A DNA stretch of 61,276 nt, filler included, from Globobulimina sp. (Eukaryota), in NCBI GenBank assembly GCA_003354225.1. It is 19 parts of 19 records of this genome, joined end to end, with 100 filler letters (N's around TTAATTAATTAA, not from the genome) between each part and the next. Parts side by side here need not be neighbours in the genome. Positions count along the whole stretch, not along the records: positions 58,149 to 61,276 come from PIVH01003651.1; 18 more parts are not named here. One strand, given 5' to 3'. Shown piece after piece: positions 59,151 through 61,276 of this stretch. The notes under the pieces are model-generated. The model saw only the letters and a list, made by a program, of their open reading frames with translations, was not told the DNA's origin and ran no database searches. A program made the translations under genes and the position numbers. How positions within the stretch are numbered: position 1 is the first letter of the stretch; every line of letters starts with the position of its first letter.

Positions 59151-59356
59151 TAACTTTTTTGGCTTAGTTTGTTTCGTTTCATTTCAACGATTGGCAAGGT
59201 TTTTAGGTTAGCTAGAGTACTTTTCAACCTAGTATTCGAAGTTGACCTAGTATTCGATGACCTATGTCAACTTCTAATACTAGGTTGAAAACCACTCTAG
59301 CTACCCAAAAACTTTGCTAATCGTTGAAATGAAACGAAACTAAGCCAAAAAAGTTA
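59151..59356. mobile_element. 206-bp palindromic (foldback/MITE-like) element
   Basis: Arms of about 95 bp (TAACTTTTTTGGCTTAGTTT...CAACCTAGTATT.GAAGTTGAC and its reverse complement) around an 11-nt loop; TA at both ends. Confidence 0.8.
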
Positions 59357-59697
59357 ATAGTGATTGCTGTTGATTTGCGAAAAACCAAATGCAAATGTAC
59401 ACTTTGTATTCAGTTTGCAAAACCAATGCAAATTTTATTTGCATAAAATCATATAAAGCATAAATCGATGGCAGGGATGATGGTGATGGCTATTTGTGCA
59501 ATACTAGAATTCTGCATTGCTTATCATATTATGGTCCATTTGCTCTAAATATTAGAACAAGACAAGAAATCATAATTGGTTTAGCATTGTTATATATATA
59601 TAGGCGATTCAAGCATATTCGATTATGGATTCATAATTCTATATTTATAGATTTATAATTCTATAATTATTAATAACATACAGTAACAAAAAAGAAG

Positions 59698-61170
59698 ATG
59701 GATCAGACATTATTGCAAATTAAACAAAAACCAAACGTTATTGAGCAGAGCTATGAATTGGCCCAAATGGACTGTTTAAACGCATCCAAAAAATATGTTG
59801 CAAAAATAATCTATTTAAACCAATTTGGATCAATGTCCATCAAAACGCTCCTTTCGACCATAATTCCTCTGTACTTGAAACAACATTTAAATGCATCACC
59901 ATTAGTCGTTGGAATAGCTTTATTTTCAGATGGGGCTATTTGCGGTATCAGAAGTGTATTGATATCATATTTAAGTAAATACATATCAATTGATAGTCAG
60001 ATCATATTCAGAGTATTTTCATCCATTATTGCTGTCATAGCAATGGCAAATTGTAAATCAACCCCATGGTTCATTGTTTGTGTGGCTTTAATTGCATTAT
60101 TCAACATTCAGGAAAGCACACCTTTGTGTTGTATATCATTGTTATTACCACCAAAAATAGCCAGCAAATATTCACGAATTGTAGCACTGGCGACTATTAT
60201 TTCCCAAGTGTTTGGAACTATTATTACCTCATTAATAATGGCATTCGGTTCAATGATTAATTTATTTTATATCTGTGCTGTAATGTTTGCTGTATTATTT
60301 GTGTTGAATTTGTGTTTTGGTTTAGGGAAAGACACCAAATTAATTGAAAAACAAATGCAATATTTTGACGAAACATTTTATGTAGAAAAGAAAAGACGAG
60401 AATCGCAAACTCATTCAACTAAATATATTGATTATGATCATGACGCAAAGTCCGCGATGATAGATTTTCCGATTTATGATAAGACCGCAAGAGAAATATT
60501 AATAAATAAAAATAAAAATAAACCAATGAATGCAAACATTGTTTTAAATAAAACGGAATGGAGCCTAATTGTTTTATTAATCCTTTTATTTTTTATTATC
60601 AATATGACAGCAAGCATTATGACTGGATGGTGTTTATTGTATTTGCGCACCGCATATCCGGATAAAAGTGTATGGCTCTCAACGTTGATGATTTCGGTGG
60701 TTTTGGTGGCTGGGACACTGGCAATTTGGCAATATCAATTTGCGTTAAATATGGTAAAGAAAATATTATTTGGTATTGAGCATTGTAATACAAAACAGAA
60801 AATTATTGGCAACTGCTGTTTGTTGTTGTTCTCAGTGATTCCTGCAATTTTACTTTGTTTATGGCCTCATACAAAATGTTATCATTTAGGATGGTTTGTA
60901 TTACCTCTTAGCGGATATTTCTATGCCTTCGGACTTGTTACTCCAAATATAATAATCATAGCGTTAAAAACAGAGCATTTACAATCACGATTGCTAGGGG
61001 TTATGTTTGGCATTGGAAATTTGGGAGCTGCATTGGCTGGATTATTCATTGGATTTCTGTGGAAAATATCAATCGATTGGGTCCTTTATTCGGCTGGATT
61101 CTGTTTATTTGTGATATTTGTCATTGCCATTTGCATGATTATCATTGCAAAACGTTTGGAAGTTGAATGA
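59698..61170 (+). CDS. Major facilitator superfamily transporter
   Basis: Two bundles of about six TMs separated by a long hydrophilic loop; IIPLYLKQHLNASPLVVG, QSRLLGVMFGIGNLGAALAG. Confidence 0.85.
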   Translation: MDQTLLQIKQKPNVIEQSYELAQMDCLNASKKYVAKIIYLNQFGSMSIKTLLSTIIPLYLKQHLNASPLVVGIALFSDGAICGIRSVLISYLSKYISIDSQIIFRVFSSIIAVIAMANCKSTPWFIVCVALIALFNIQESTPLCCISLLLPPKIASKYSRIVALATIISQVFGTIITSLIMAFGSMINLFYICAVMFAVLFVLNLCFGLGKDTKLIEKQMQYFDETFYVEKKRRESQTHSTKYIDYDHDAKSAMIDFPIYDKTAREILINKNKNKPMNANIVLNKTEWSLIVLLILLFFIINMTASIMTGWCLLYLRTAYPDKSVWLSTLMISVVLVAGTLAIWQYQFALNMVKKILFGIEHCNTKQKIIGNCCLLLFSVIPAILLCLWPHTKCYHLGWFVLPLSGYFYAFGLVTPNIIIIALKTEHLQSRLLGVMFGIGNLGAALAGLFIGFLWKISIDWVLYSAGFCLFVIFVIAICMIIIAKRLEVE

Positions 61171-61276
61171 AACACACAACAAATATATAACAAATGCATT
61201 GTAAACAAGGTTTTTGGAAGTTTTTAATTACTTGGAAAACAGTATCACACTTTTAATATCACATGATTTTTTGCAC

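Noticed and set aside
1-61276. Genome-wide stop-codon reassignment
   Set aside because: Well-supported genes end in TAA, TAG and TGA at the expected positions, and most interruptions resolve as GT-AG introns.
1-61276. rRNA or tRNA genes
   Set aside because: No conserved rRNA segments or tRNA cloverleaf motifs noticed by eye; tRNAscan-SE and Infernal were not run.

Overview
This window is not one locus. It is 19 unlinked contigs of 3132-3128 bp, sorted by decreasing length and joined by 100-bp artificial linkers (44 N + TTAATTAATTAA + 44 N), so gene neighbourhoods across linkers mean nothing. Most contigs come from a very AT-rich, gene-dense eukaryote with short GT-AG introns (35-167 nt, inferred by joining reading frames). 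The gene repertoire (7TM-RGS, RGS fusions, Cys-rich secreted proteins, SAM, SPRY-like and TLDc-like proteins, RasGEF, TKL kinase) resembles foraminifera (Rhizaria); this taxon call is inference. Two segments look foreign: 3233-4163 is a bacterial ColE2-like plasmid fragment (Rep C-terminus plus a small transglycosylase operon) fused to a truncated eukaryotic SPFH gene, and 51691-54819 looks like a Maverick/Polinton-like or viral piece (repeat array, Cys/His-motif ORF, dUTPase). Best candidates for undescribed biology are (1) an N-acylated globin-RGS fusion, a predicted O2/NO-gated G-protein GAP, (2) two intron-containing RelA/SpoT-like nucleotidyltransferases, one sandwiched between ankyrin repeats, (3) an intron-containing VP39-type cap 2'-O-methyltransferase with an RG tract, (4) a polytopic membrane protein built from three unfamiliar repeats, (5) an unnamed C-terminal domain shared by two coiled-coil proteins and (6) two foldback elements sharing a CTAGAGTG core. 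All domain calls come from motif recognition by eye; no searches were run.
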